From the IMG/VR virus record IMGVR_UViG_3300037467_001298, positions 4,174-68,173 of that record: a DNA stretch of 64,000 nt. One strand, written 5' to 3'. Shown here piece after piece: positions 52,174 through 60,906 of this stretch. Both the position numbers and the translations under genes were made by a program. Below the pieces are notes generated by a model. It made no database searches. It was not told the DNA's origin and was given only the letters and a program-made list of their open reading frames with translations. The stretch's first letter is position 1, and each line of letters starts with the position of its first letter. The DNA comes from a virus. Lineage: Duplodnaviria; Caudoviricetes.

Positions 52174-53256
52174 TTAAACAGAAATTGTTAAGTAAACAAA
52201 TTCAATAGAGTCAAGATATCTAACAGCGATATTAACATACATTTCTGCACCAACAGAAGCGATTGTTTTATCAATTGCAACATTATATGTTTGGTCAATA
52301 ACATTTGCATTAGCCAATGTTTCAAGATATACTTTGATTGCATTGATAACTGCAAGTTGTCCGTCGTAGTTGTTCGTAATACGACCGATGTAGTTATCTC
52401 TTACAGCAGAGTCAATATCGTCAATCATAGCTTGTTTAGCACGTACTGTACGAATTTTGAAGAATGGAGTTCCTTGGTCGCCAAGAGTTAAACCTTGTTC
52501 GATTCTTGGAGTATCACCATCTGTAACAGTTACGAGAACACCAGCTGCTAACAATGTTTTAATATCCGAAGGAAGAAAACGGTAAATAGTTTCGGCATAA
52601 GGAACATCAACATAAGTTAGAGATCCATCAAGTGGAGTACCAGCAATTAATCCAGCAATATATTGAGCATATTGTGGAGCAGGTTTTTGAGTTCCGTCTG
52701 CATTTTTAACACCGTTACCAACAAAAACAACAGTTTCATCTTTGAGAGTATTTGCTTTTGCAACGATATCTGTAACCTTTCCTTCTTTGTCTGATCCAGC
52801 GAAAAATACTGTAACGAAGTTTTTACCGTCATTACGAGCACTCTGTAGCCAAGAATAAACAATAGTTTCAAGGTTTGAATCAGCAGTTGAAGGTAATGAA
52901 AATACATGGAATTCATAAGTCTGAATCAAATTAAGTGCTGCTGTATATGCAGTAGTATCAGCAAGTTGGTCAACTGTTGCAACTACTACTTCAGAAGCAC
53001 CACCAGTAAAGTAATCTACAATATCGTCTACATTACTAGCACCAAATAAAGTAGTTGCTTGATCTAAGTTTGTAACACGATAAACATTTTTGCTAACTGC
53101 TGTTCCAGTGAAAACAGATTTAATAGTAGCAACTTTTGAACGTGAACCTACGCCAATAGTAGTAAGAGCCTTTTGAACGAAACGAACATATAGTCCTGGT
53201 TGTTGGCCGTTTTGTGAAGTTGGGAAAGTGCCACCAGAAGTAACTGTGACTGCCAT
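52174..53256 (-). CDS. tail sheath protein (XkdK-like)
   Basis: PGLYVRF, IAGLIAG..L..SLTY, KIRTVR..D, YIGRITN..DG. Confidence 0.9.
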   Translation of the reverse strand: MAVTVTSGGTFPTSQNGQQPGLYVRFVQKALTTIGVGSRSKVATIKSVFTGTAVSKNVYRVTNLDQATTLFGASNVDDIVDYFTGGASEVVVATVDQLADTTAYTAALNLIQTYEFHVFSLPSTADSNLETIVYSWLQSARNDGKNFVTVFFAGSDKEGKVTDIVAKANTLKDETVVFVGNGVKNADGTQKPAPQYAQYIAGLIAGTPLDGSLTYVDVPYAETIYRFLPSDIKTLLAAGVLVTVTDGDTPRIEQGLTLGDQGTPFFKIRTVRAKQAMIDDIDSAVRDNYIGRITNNYDGQLAVINAIKVYLETLANANVIDQTYNVAIDKTIASVGAEMYVNIAVRYLDSIEFVYLTISV

Positions 53257-53289
53257 CTATTTTTCCTCCTATTTTTAAATTAAGTTGAA

Positions 53290-53736
53290 TTATATAATCC
53301 CGAAAGATTCTAATAATTCAAACTCATCTAGACTTACATTATGAGTTGTATCGAAACCAAAGTTGATTTCAACACAGTAAAGGTCATTTTGGTCCACAGG
53401 TATTTCAATAGATTCTATATCTTCGATTCTAATATATCTACCTGTTTCTGAACCGTCTTCATTTAATATAGGTAATTTCCTATAGTTAGCGAAAACTTGT
53501 TGAACTACATTATTTATTCTATTTTTTAAATCGACTTCGTCATTACTAAAGCATCTTACATATAAATGAACATTATTCATAAAATAATAAGAATTAATCG
53601 GCTTTGTAGTAATATCACATTTATTTAACAGGTAGCAAGGATACTTAACGGTGTTAGGCATTTTTTGAACATAAACATTCATTGGCTCTATAGATACAAA
53701 ATATGAGAGTACAGATTTTACAAATTGTTCTAACAT
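53290..53736 (-). CDS. tail terminator/completion protein (XkdJ-like)
   Basis: VYVQKMP..VKYPC; position upstream of sheath. Confidence 0.75.
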   Translation of the reverse strand: MLEQFVKSVLSYFVSIEPMNVYVQKMPNTVKYPCYLLNKCDITTKPINSYYFMNNVHLYVRCFSNDEVDLKNRINNVVQQVFANYRKLPILNEDGSETGRYIRIEDIESIEIPVDQNDLYCVEINFGFDTTHNVSLDEFELLESFGII

Positions 53737-54413
53737 TACTGTACCTCCGTCCTTGTAACATAAACTTGAATCATATCATTTTCATCCTTAACAACCATAT
53801 CAACTTTAAATTTACCATGTATAGGAGAAATAATAAAATCTTCATCTTTAATATCAGCGTTTTTATTAAATCGCACAATTAAAGAATCATGCTCAACTTC
53901 TAGTTTACTATCATCTAAATACCTATTTCTATTTGTATCGAACCTACATTTAATACCTGTATATAATGGATTATCGAAGTCATATTGGTAGCTGTAAGAT
54001 GTTATACCAAAACTTGATTGTTCTATCTTCTCCATACGGTAAACAGATACAATATCTGGGAATAGCTCACCATCAAATACATTGTCGGAATCGGCAATTT
54101 GTTTTACGATTATCTCTACCCAGTTTCTTTTATCATAAGCAAGTTTTTCCCATGAGAATATAGAAAACATTCTTTCATTCCATCTCATTCTATTACCTAC
54201 TTGAAGTAAATCGTAGAGGGACTTGTGGTCCCTCACAATTATTCTGAACCAATCGTCAGTTTCACTTCGTGTGAATCCATCTTTTTCGACATAAGCCCAA
54301 AGTTTTGTATTGTCAGTATAAGAGCCATCAGATTCTAATTGAACAAATGTAACTCTTTCCCTCATTGAAGAATAGAAAATAGAGATGTTAAATGCTGTCC
54401 TACGTCTTACCAT
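53736..54413 (-). CDS. head-closure protein with two gp16-like domains
   Basis: RERVTFVQ...LWAYV...RIIVR...RMRWNERMFSI, then a second D.VSVYR...IKCRF...FKVD unit. Confidence 0.7.
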   Translation of the reverse strand: MVRRRTAFNISIFYSSMRERVTFVQLESDGSYTDNTKLWAYVEKDGFTRSETDDWFRIIVRDHKSLYDLLQVGNRMRWNERMFSIFSWEKLAYDKRNWVEIIVKQIADSDNVFDGELFPDIVSVYRMEKIEQSSFGITSYSYQYDFDNPLYTGIKCRFDTNRNRYLDDSKLEVEHDSLIVRFNKNADIKDEDFIISPIHGKFKVDMVVKDENDMIQVYVTRTEVQ

Positions 54414-54417
54414 TTAA

Positions 54418-57243
54418 TCACCCCATGATATGTTTTGCTTCATATAATTTTTTAAACAGAGCATCAGCAATAGAATCTATATCTGATTCTTTACGTACTA
54501 TGAACGTATTTCCTGTAACTGTTACGCCCTTATTCCCGTTATCATAGTCATCAGCTGCCTGAGCCGTTAAAACACGCTCGTCTTTATGCAATTGAGCAAC
54601 ATAACCATCGTAAGGAACACGACCTAAACCAGTTCTGTGACTATGTGTAGCCATATAAGCACCATTAACAGTACCTGCTCCATCATAACCACCTGTGTTG
54701 CCATCGTTCTTTGCGGTTCCCCAGCTAACTTTACCAATGGTAGGAACCTTGGGCAAGTGCACACTTGGTATTTTATTAATAAGATCTATTAATTTATTTA
54801 TACCGCCTATCATAAAGTTTATACCGCTAATAACGCCATTAACCATATCAGCTGCTCCACGTTGAATTGCTGCAAATGCTCGTTTCATTCCACTACTAAC
54901 AGTATCCCAGTTCTTCCACAATAAGATACCACCAGCAACCACAGCAGCGATTGCGAGTGCAATCCACGTACCTGGGAACAATAATAATCTAGCATTCATT
55001 ATTGCTTGTGCCGCTGCGGCTAATAACATTCCTGAACGATATAATCTTATAGCCATAGTCAAACCTTTAAAGAAAGGAGTAAGAAATACTGCTGCCTTAT
55101 ATGCCATCAGTCCAGCAAATAATCCACCAACTAATGCTTCTACGCCATTAAAATGGTCATTAATAAAATTAACCAATTTTGATATAGCACTAAAAATAGT
55201 TTGAATTACATTCGATATTGAACTACCTTTACCTGCGCTAAACTGAGCAAAGAATTTTGAAATGATTCCACCTGCAGCCGATAATGTTGACTTAATACTA
55301 GGCCATGATTTAACAAGACCATCTGCAATTTGTTTAATTGCATCAACAATAGGTTTCGCTTTTGCTTTGAATGCAGACGAATTAACTGCAGTAATTAATT
55401 TTCTGCCAAATTCCATTGCTTTAGCAGCAGCATTACCCAAACCATTGCTAATGTTTTTGAATGTTTGGTTAAATTTACCTGCGCTAAATGCTTTATTGAA
55501 TTTGGTTAATTCAGGAGTTATTTTATTAAGCATCCCCATACCCATTTGACCCATTGCATTTGAAGCATGGTTTTTAATGGCTTGGAATTGCATTAATGGT
55601 GATTGTTTCATTTTCTGAACGTTCTCAACAGAATAACCGTACTCTTTACCCAACATAGCACTTAACATTTCTGCCTGTTTCATTGGATCAGTTTCTTTTT
55701 TAATTGGCTTCAAGTATTGTTTTGAAATATCAAAACGGTTTGCTAATGAAGTAATCTGTCCACCTGCAAGTTCACGCATAGCGAACGCGGCACCTTCAAG
55801 TCCTTGTTGAGGCATTAAAGTTGCCAACTGTTCCATTGTATACATATACTTGTTAAGTTGGTCTTTGTTTTGAACTTTCTTCATTACAGACGTTAACTGT
55901 TGAGCCCATTCTGTAGGAGCATATTGTGTAGTAGATGCAAAGTCCTGAACAGCTTTATAGTATTCAGCACCTTTTTGTTGGTCGCCAACAATAATACCAA
56001 AGTTCTTTCTACCGAAATCTTGTTGAGCAGCGTTATTAAGCATTGATTCAATTGGTTGTTTAATTCTTTCTCCGACGTTCATCGCCATGTTAGCACCAAA
56101 TTGTATTTTCTGAATGCTCGCTATACTTGAAATACCTGATTTCATTTTACCTAATAGACTATTACTCCTACTTAATTCCGAGTTTAAATTCTGAATTTGT
56201 CTATTAAGTCTAGCATTAGCATCAGCCAATTGATTAAATGTAGCACGTCCACGTGATTCAGTGCCCTCGGCTGTAGTATTAAAATTCCTCAAACCCTGAA
56301 TATTACGCTGAATTCCGCTCCATATTCTTTGTAGAGGACTTGTAATTCTGTTAAGGGCATTTCCTATTGTTTCTGCCGTTCGTGAACTATTACGCCATAG
56401 TTCAAACGCTAATCTTGCAGCAACAAGTTTTTGTTTAACCATTTCAACAGAAATAGACATTGTCCTAAAAGCATCAGATGTCCTAACGATAGTTGGAACA
56501 TCTCCGACCCATGTTTTCAATGCTTGACTAGTTAATACTATCTGTCCACGTAAGTCACTAATTACATGAGACATTAATTGGTATCCGAAAGATTGTTTTA
56601 ATGATTGAGACATATATTGTCCCATTAATCTAACGTTTTGTCCTGCTTGAATAAATCCTCGTCCAACTATCCTCAGATTTTGGCCAAGCTCGTTTACTAA
56701 AAAGAAATCCCTTACAGTATTTCTAATATTAGTACCTAACATACGAACTCCCATTGAGAGTTGTTGTATAGGCTCGAGTCCTCTAAACCAGTTAAATAAT
56801 GCAGAAGATCCACGTTGAATATCCCAAGTTACATTTGAAACAGCAGCGCGTAATCCATTAAAAGTTGTAGTTAAAACTTTAGCGGAAGCTTGAGCGAGCC
56901 TATTTTGAGTTGCAAAACTATATATAGCTTTAGCAATACCTTCAACTTCATACGCAAATACACGAAGAGGAGCAGGTAAGGATTGAAACGCACGAGCAAA
57001 CATGCCTACTTGGTTTGTAGCACCGCCAATTCTTTGGCCTAATTGCTGATATTGTTCGGATAGTATACGCTGCTGTACAGAAGCATTTCTTATAGAGTTC
57101 CCATTTCTTGTAAAAGCATTACCCAAATTTCCAAGTCTGCTTTGCAATTCTTGAGAAGCCCTAGCTGCATTTTGAAGTGGTCTTGACATGCCATCTTGTG
57201 CTTCAAGCATGATACTTAACCTACTAAACCTTTTTGTTGCCAT
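54418..57243 (-). CDS. tape measure protein
   Basis: N-terminal I.LEAQDGMS.PL, helical low-complexity body, FASTTQY tape-measure domain, hydrophobic segments, GLGRVPYDGYVAQLHKDERVLTA C-terminus. Confidence 0.92.
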   Translation of the reverse strand: MATKRFSRLSIMLEAQDGMSRPLQNAARASQELQSRLGNLGNAFTRNGNSIRNASVQQRILSEQYQQLGQRIGGATNQVGMFARAFQSLPAPLRVFAYEVEGIAKAIYSFATQNRLAQASAKVLTTTFNGLRAAVSNVTWDIQRGSSALFNWFRGLEPIQQLSMGVRMLGTNIRNTVRDFFLVNELGQNLRIVGRGFIQAGQNVRLMGQYMSQSLKQSFGYQLMSHVISDLRGQIVLTSQALKTWVGDVPTIVRTSDAFRTMSISVEMVKQKLVAARLAFELWRNSSRTAETIGNALNRITSPLQRIWSGIQRNIQGLRNFNTTAEGTESRGRATFNQLADANARLNRQIQNLNSELSRSNSLLGKMKSGISSIASIQKIQFGANMAMNVGERIKQPIESMLNNAAQQDFGRKNFGIIVGDQQKGAEYYKAVQDFASTTQYAPTEWAQQLTSVMKKVQNKDQLNKYMYTMEQLATLMPQQGLEGAAFAMRELAGGQITSLANRFDISKQYLKPIKKETDPMKQAEMLSAMLGKEYGYSVENVQKMKQSPLMQFQAIKNHASNAMGQMGMGMLNKITPELTKFNKAFSAGKFNQTFKNISNGLGNAAAKAMEFGRKLITAVNSSAFKAKAKPIVDAIKQIADGLVKSWPSIKSTLSAAGGIISKFFAQFSAGKGSSISNVIQTIFSAISKLVNFINDHFNGVEALVGGLFAGLMAYKAAVFLTPFFKGLTMAIRLYRSGMLLAAAAQAIMNARLLLFPGTWIALAIAAVVAGGILLWKNWDTVSSGMKRAFAAIQRGAADMVNGVISGINFMIGGINKLIDLINKIPSVHLPKVPTIGKVSWGTAKNDGNTGGYDGAGTVNGAYMATHSHRTGLGRVPYDGYVAQLHKDERVLTAQAADDYDNGNKGVTVTGNTFIVRKESDIDSIADALFKKLYEAKHIMG

Positions 57244-57258
57244 GGTTTACCTCCTTCC

Positions 57259-57780
57259 CTATACAGAGCCTTTTCGTCTTTTTCTTTTAGCCTGTTTCAT
57301 AACAAATGAAGTATCATTGACCAACATATCTAAATCATTTCCGAAACGTTGTTCAGCCATGATAGATATTTTGTCAAAAGAAGGATTAAAGAAATGAGCG
57401 CCTTCATAATAATCATATCGTTGGTTTTCCTTCTTACGCCTTCTCTGTCTACGATAGTCCTTTTTATAACCGGGAGGGACAATCGCATGTCCTGCATCTA
57501 CCATTCCAGCATAATAAAGAGCAGAACCGAAAACCACGTCTCGTTCACCAACATCATATACACAAAGTTTATTACCTAATTGAAATGAATCAAGTAACCT
57601 TCCTGTATGTTCCTGAGTTCTAATCATAGCATTATCTTGAAGTATAAATAAACCTTCCTCTGCAACTTGGTGCATGGTGGCTAACATAGCATCAAAACCA
57701 CTATGTCCTATAGTAGCTAAATGAGTTGTAAAATCTCTAAATTCTTTAGAGTTAGTCCTAAAATAAATAGGTCCTGGCAT
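57259..57780 (-). CDS. HK97 gp10-like neck/tail completion protein
   Basis: HTGRLLDSF, YAGMVDAGH, GAHFFNPS. Confidence 0.8.
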   Translation of the reverse strand: MPGPIYFRTNSKEFRDFTTHLATIGHSGFDAMLATMHQVAEEGLFILQDNAMIRTQEHTGRLLDSFQLGNKLCVYDVGERDVVFGSALYYAGMVDAGHAIVPPGYKKDYRRQRRRKKENQRYDYYEGAHFFNPSFDKISIMAEQRFGNDLDMLVNDTSFVMKQAKRKRRKGSV

Positions 57781-57782
57781 TA

Positions 57783-58124
57783 TTACTCACCATACTCTTT
57801 AAAAGGTTTTTTATAGACATCAATTAATGCACTGATAGCAAAGTTAACTTCATTACCTAATTGACCTGCAGTTTGTACTTCCCTATTGACGTACCAATGA
57901 CTTATTAACATTAAAGCACAAATAGTTAAATCAGTAGGTATATCATCTCTTACAGGCCATTCATCTGTTATATTATAGCCTAGAACTTGTTGGATATATG
58001 ATACAGCACCATAAATAAGCACTTGAACTAATGAATCTTCATCATCATAATCTATTTTAAGAAAATCTTTGACAAAGGTTAAATCTAATTCAGTGATTTT
58101 TTTGTCGTTTATCTGTGCGGTCAT
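57783..58124 (-). CDS. HK97 gp6-like head-tail connector
   Basis: LTFVKDFLKIDYDDED.L, ALMLISHWY.NRE. Confidence 0.9.
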   Translation of the reverse strand: MTAQINDKKITELDLTFVKDFLKIDYDDEDSLVQVLIYGAVSYIQQVLGYNITDEWPVRDDIPTDLTICALMLISHWYVNREVQTAGQLGNEVNFAISALIDVYKKPFKEYGE

Positions 58125-58306
58125 TATTCTTCACCAACTTTTTTACTAGCCTTAACAACCTTGGGTTGTTTAACAACTACCTCTTCAACGTAGTTTGCAT
58201 TAATTAGATCTTTTGCATGAGCATCTTTTACTTCAATTTCTTCACCAACGTTAACTAGTCTTTCTTTTTCGTGGTAATAGAAGTTTTGTTTTACTTTAAC
58301 CTTCAA
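58124..58306 (-). CDS. small head-associated hypothetical protein
   Basis: MKVKVKQNF...GEEIEV....AKDLI.ANYVEEV; TTG start after GGAGG. Confidence 0.7.
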   Translation of the reverse strand: MKVKVKQNFYYHEKERLVNVGEEIEVKDAHAKDLINANYVEEVVVKQPKVVKASKKVGEE

Positions 58307-58376
58307 TATTCACACCTCCAATTTTATGTATTAAACGAACCCAATACTGGTATGGCTTCAAAAGTTTATTTTTATA

Positions 58377-58394
58377 ATAAAATCAACATTTTAT
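58377..58394. promoter_or_regulatory. palindromic motif (copy 5)
   Basis: TTTTATA-ATAAAAT-CAAC-ATTTTAT upstream of the neck genes. Confidence 0.5.
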
Positions 58395-58405
58395 ATTTGA
58401 CATTA

Positions 58406-58495
58406 TGGGAGATTGAGTGGGAATCGAACCCATACTGCCTTCTTGTTTCGACGCATCTACTAAAAGATGGAGTGCTACCATTACACTACTCAAAC
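58406..58495 (-). pseudogene. degenerate type II tRNA-like element
   Basis: D arm GTG-TAATGGTAG-CAC, T loop GGTTCGATTCC, long variable arm, 3' CCA; anticodon loop is 6 or 8 nt and the acceptor stem is imperfect. Confidence 0.55.
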
Positions 58496-58499
58496 ATAA

Positions 58500-58571
58500 T
58501 ACGGGTGACAGGACTCGAACCTACAACCCCTCCGTCCCAAACGGAGTGCTCTACCATTGAGCTACACCCAT
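58500..58571 (-). tRNA. tRNA-Pro(UGG)
   Basis: Full cloverleaf: acceptor ATGGGTG/CACCCGT, D GCTC/GAGC, anticodon stem CTCCG/CGGAG with loop TTTGGGA, T loop TTCGAGT; CCA not encoded. Confidence 0.93.
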
Positions 58572-58574
58572 GAA

Positions 58575-58720
58575 TTGACCTATCCTGGTCCGCTTCCTAG
58601 AGAGGCGTGATAGGTTCTATTAGATCTTCCATTTTAAAGGTAATGGAGAACCCGGCAGTTGTTCCTAAGGTGCATCCACACAGTCAGCTGCCATAAAAGT
58701 CCACATCGACATTGAGGTTT
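58575..58720 (-). ncRNA. candidate structured RNA upstream of the tRNAs
   Basis: GC-richer non-coding segment with helices GGCAG/CTGCC, GGGTTCT/AGAACCT, CCATT/AATGG, ACCTATC/GATAGGT. Confidence 0.35.
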
Positions 58721-58774
58721 ATACCTTACATTAGATATGTGTATTGTAAAGCAATTTGTAAACCAAAAATAAGC

Positions 58775-58813
58775 AAAAAAAATAATGGGACTCCCGAAGG
58801 AATCCCCAATTAT
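58775..58813 (-). terminator. intrinsic terminator after major capsid, UUCG loop
   Basis: Minus strand GGGGATTCC-TTCG-GGAGTCCC-ATTATTTTTTTT. Confidence 0.85.
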
Positions 58814-58815
58814 AA

Positions 58816-59997
58816 TTAAGCATGAACTTGCAAGAATTTAGCAGCGTCAGGATTTAGAACTTTACCATCGAAGTAACCGTCAAGTAACAACAGGTGAGAA
58901 CCACGAAGTGCTTGAGTAGTATCTCCGAAGATATGTTGCATGTTCAATCCACGTTTAGTCATAGTAGCATATGCTTCATAGAAGTTAGCCATTAATACAG
59001 CTTTAGCACCTGCTGCAAGGTCAGGCATAGCATCAGTGATTAATACAGGAAGTCCGAACAAACGGTATCCAGCAGACTCAGATGTAATATCACGGATGAA
59101 GTAGTATTGATTCATAGCATCTTTCAATTTAACAAGAGTATTGAAAGTAGCACGAGACATTACGAATACAGCTCCAGCTTGGTAGTCTGGGTGAATGCTG
59201 TTATAAAGATCTAATAGGTCGTCAGTTCCAACAACACCAGCAGCAGCTGAAGTAACAGAAGCGATAGAAGAAGTTAACATACCTTCAAATTGGTTGTTAG
59301 CATCGCCAGTTCCTTGAAGAATGTTACGGTCAAGAGTCATACCAAGACGACGAGAAAGAAGATTAATAGAATAACCAACTACGTCAATACCAGAATCATT
59401 GATGATGTGTTGAGATAACTCAATAGCAGTACCAGCACGTTTTTGAGTTAAACGAACTTTGTCCATTGAGAAGTCATCTGGAGTAAGGTCAGTTAATTCT
59501 CCGACGAATCCAGCAGCACCAATAGTTTGTTCACGAAGGATCTCAAGAACCCCAGCGATTGGTGAGAAATTACGAGTACGAGAGAAGATTGGTGCAACCT
59601 CGAACAATTTCTCAACGATTAAATTAGATAGATTAGTAGGTACAGTTAAAGAACCAGGAGCAGCAGCTGCAGTTACAGGTTGGTCTGCACGGATCTCACG
59701 AAGTTCTTCACCTTCTTGTTTACGAAGGAACTGTTCTACGGCACGTTTTTCATAAGCTAAATCTTTTTCCACTTCACGTACCTCCTCAGGTTTTTCAACT
59801 ACAATCACGTCTTCTTTAGAACGCGATTCAGCAAGTTTGATTGCTTTATCTAGGCCAGCAACTTCGCCTTGTAGACGTGCAACTTCTGCATCTTCTGCTT
59901 CAGTTAGTCCACGAACTTCAGTTTCAACTGATTGAGCAATTTTATCTAGCTCATCTAGAGCAGCATTACGCTTTTCGATTAATGCTTTTAAATTCAT
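58816..59997 (-). CDS. major capsid protein, HK97 family
   Basis: N-terminal coiled-coil delta domain, GSLTVP, AGFVGE, ILQGTG, LFGLPV. Confidence 0.95.
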   Translation of the reverse strand: MNLKALIEKRNAALDELDKIAQSVETEVRGLTEAEDAEVARLQGEVAGLDKAIKLAESRSKEDVIVVEKPEEVREVEKDLAYEKRAVEQFLRKQEGEELREIRADQPVTAAAAPGSLTVPTNLSNLIVEKLFEVAPIFSRTRNFSPIAGVLEILREQTIGAAGFVGELTDLTPDDFSMDKVRLTQKRAGTAIELSQHIINDSGIDVVGYSINLLSRRLGMTLDRNILQGTGDANNQFEGMLTSSIASVTSAAAGVVGTDDLLDLYNSIHPDYQAGAVFVMSRATFNTLVKLKDAMNQYYFIRDITSESAGYRLFGLPVLITDAMPDLAAGAKAVLMANFYEAYATMTKRGLNMQHIFGDTTQALRGSHLLLLDGYFDGKVLNPDAAKFLQVHA

Positions 59998-60013
59998 TAT
60001 TTATTTCCTCCAA

Positions 60014-60892
60014 TTATTTGTATTGATTAATAAAGTCACGGATTTTTGAAGCAGCATTATTATCCTCTTGTGGAGTAGAAACATCAACTTGAGGATCTAC
60101 AACTACATCTAACCCGTCACCATCAGGGTCATTTTCTGGGTCAATATCATTGTCCCCATCATTGTCTGGGTCAATTACTTGTTCAGGATCTTGTTCAGTA
60201 TCATCTACTACATCAACTTCAATAGCAGGATCTACAGGAACAGGATCTTGTGCAGGATCTTGTTGTTCAGCAATTTTCATGTTGCTTGACAACATTTCAA
60301 ATATTTTTTTAGCAATTGCTTCAATATCAGCATCTGAACGGATTTCAATAGTTCGAAGATTTAGTTCTTCAGTTGGAACCTCATCCTCAACTAAATCAAT
60401 TCCACGAGCTGAAATAGATGAAGAAGCATATGCAGGATCTCTTACAACTGATACTTCAAATAATTCAAGGTCGCTTACAGTGCGTTCAAAATAGTCGCCC
60501 ATATTACGCCAAGAATCTTTAATAGCCCTAAATCCAAAAGACATATTTTGTAAAATACCATCTTTAATTAATTGGTAGTAATCTTTACCCCAAGATGTAG
60601 GACTAATAGTAGCAGTCATATGCAACCCTTGTTCATCCTCCCTGAGTTCCAATGAACCGTTTCGAGTAGAAGCAAGGATTTTATTTTTATCGTGTTCAGC
60701 ATAGAAATGAATTTCTTTTGCCTTTTCAATAGCACGTTGCCAAACTCCCGGTTTAATAACTTCCTTAAACCTTGATTCACGACCTAACATTTCACTATAC
60801 TGATTAGTTTTATTTACATAACCAGATACAGTTAGGCTTCCATCATCGTTTGTTTCCATGCTCGCTTGATTTACACGAAGTTCCATTTTCAT
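60014..60892 (-). CDS. HK97-family prohead protease with acidic C-terminal extension
   Basis: SGYVN, F.E.IKPG, H, SLEL.ED..GL, MSFGF, LFEVSVV..PAY. Confidence 0.92.
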   Translation of the reverse strand: MKMELRVNQASMETNDDGSLTVSGYVNKTNQYSEMLGRESRFKEVIKPGVWQRAIEKAKEIHFYAEHDKNKILASTRNGSLELREDEQGLHMTATISPTSWGKDYYQLIKDGILQNMSFGFRAIKDSWRNMGDYFERTVSDLELFEVSVVRDPAYASSSISARGIDLVEDEVPTEELNLRTIEIRSDADIEAIAKKIFEMLSSNMKIAEQQDPAQDPVPVDPAIEVDVVDDTEQDPEQVIDPDNDGDNDIDPENDPDGDGLDVVVDPQVDVSTPQEDNNAASKIRDFINQYK

Positions 60893-60906
60893 TCGCTAAA
60901 CACCTC

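Noticed and set aside
58575-58615. SRP-RNA-like AGGAAGCGG segment on the - strand
   Set aside because: It lacks the GNRA tetraloop and the 5' CAGG of helix 8.
58595-58700. SAM-I riboswitch-like words on the + strand (agagaggcg, aacccggca, aaggtgc, cag...ctg)
   Set aside because: The spacing is wrong, the P1 AUC/GAU pairing is absent, and it lies antisense to the late operon with no downstream + strand gene.
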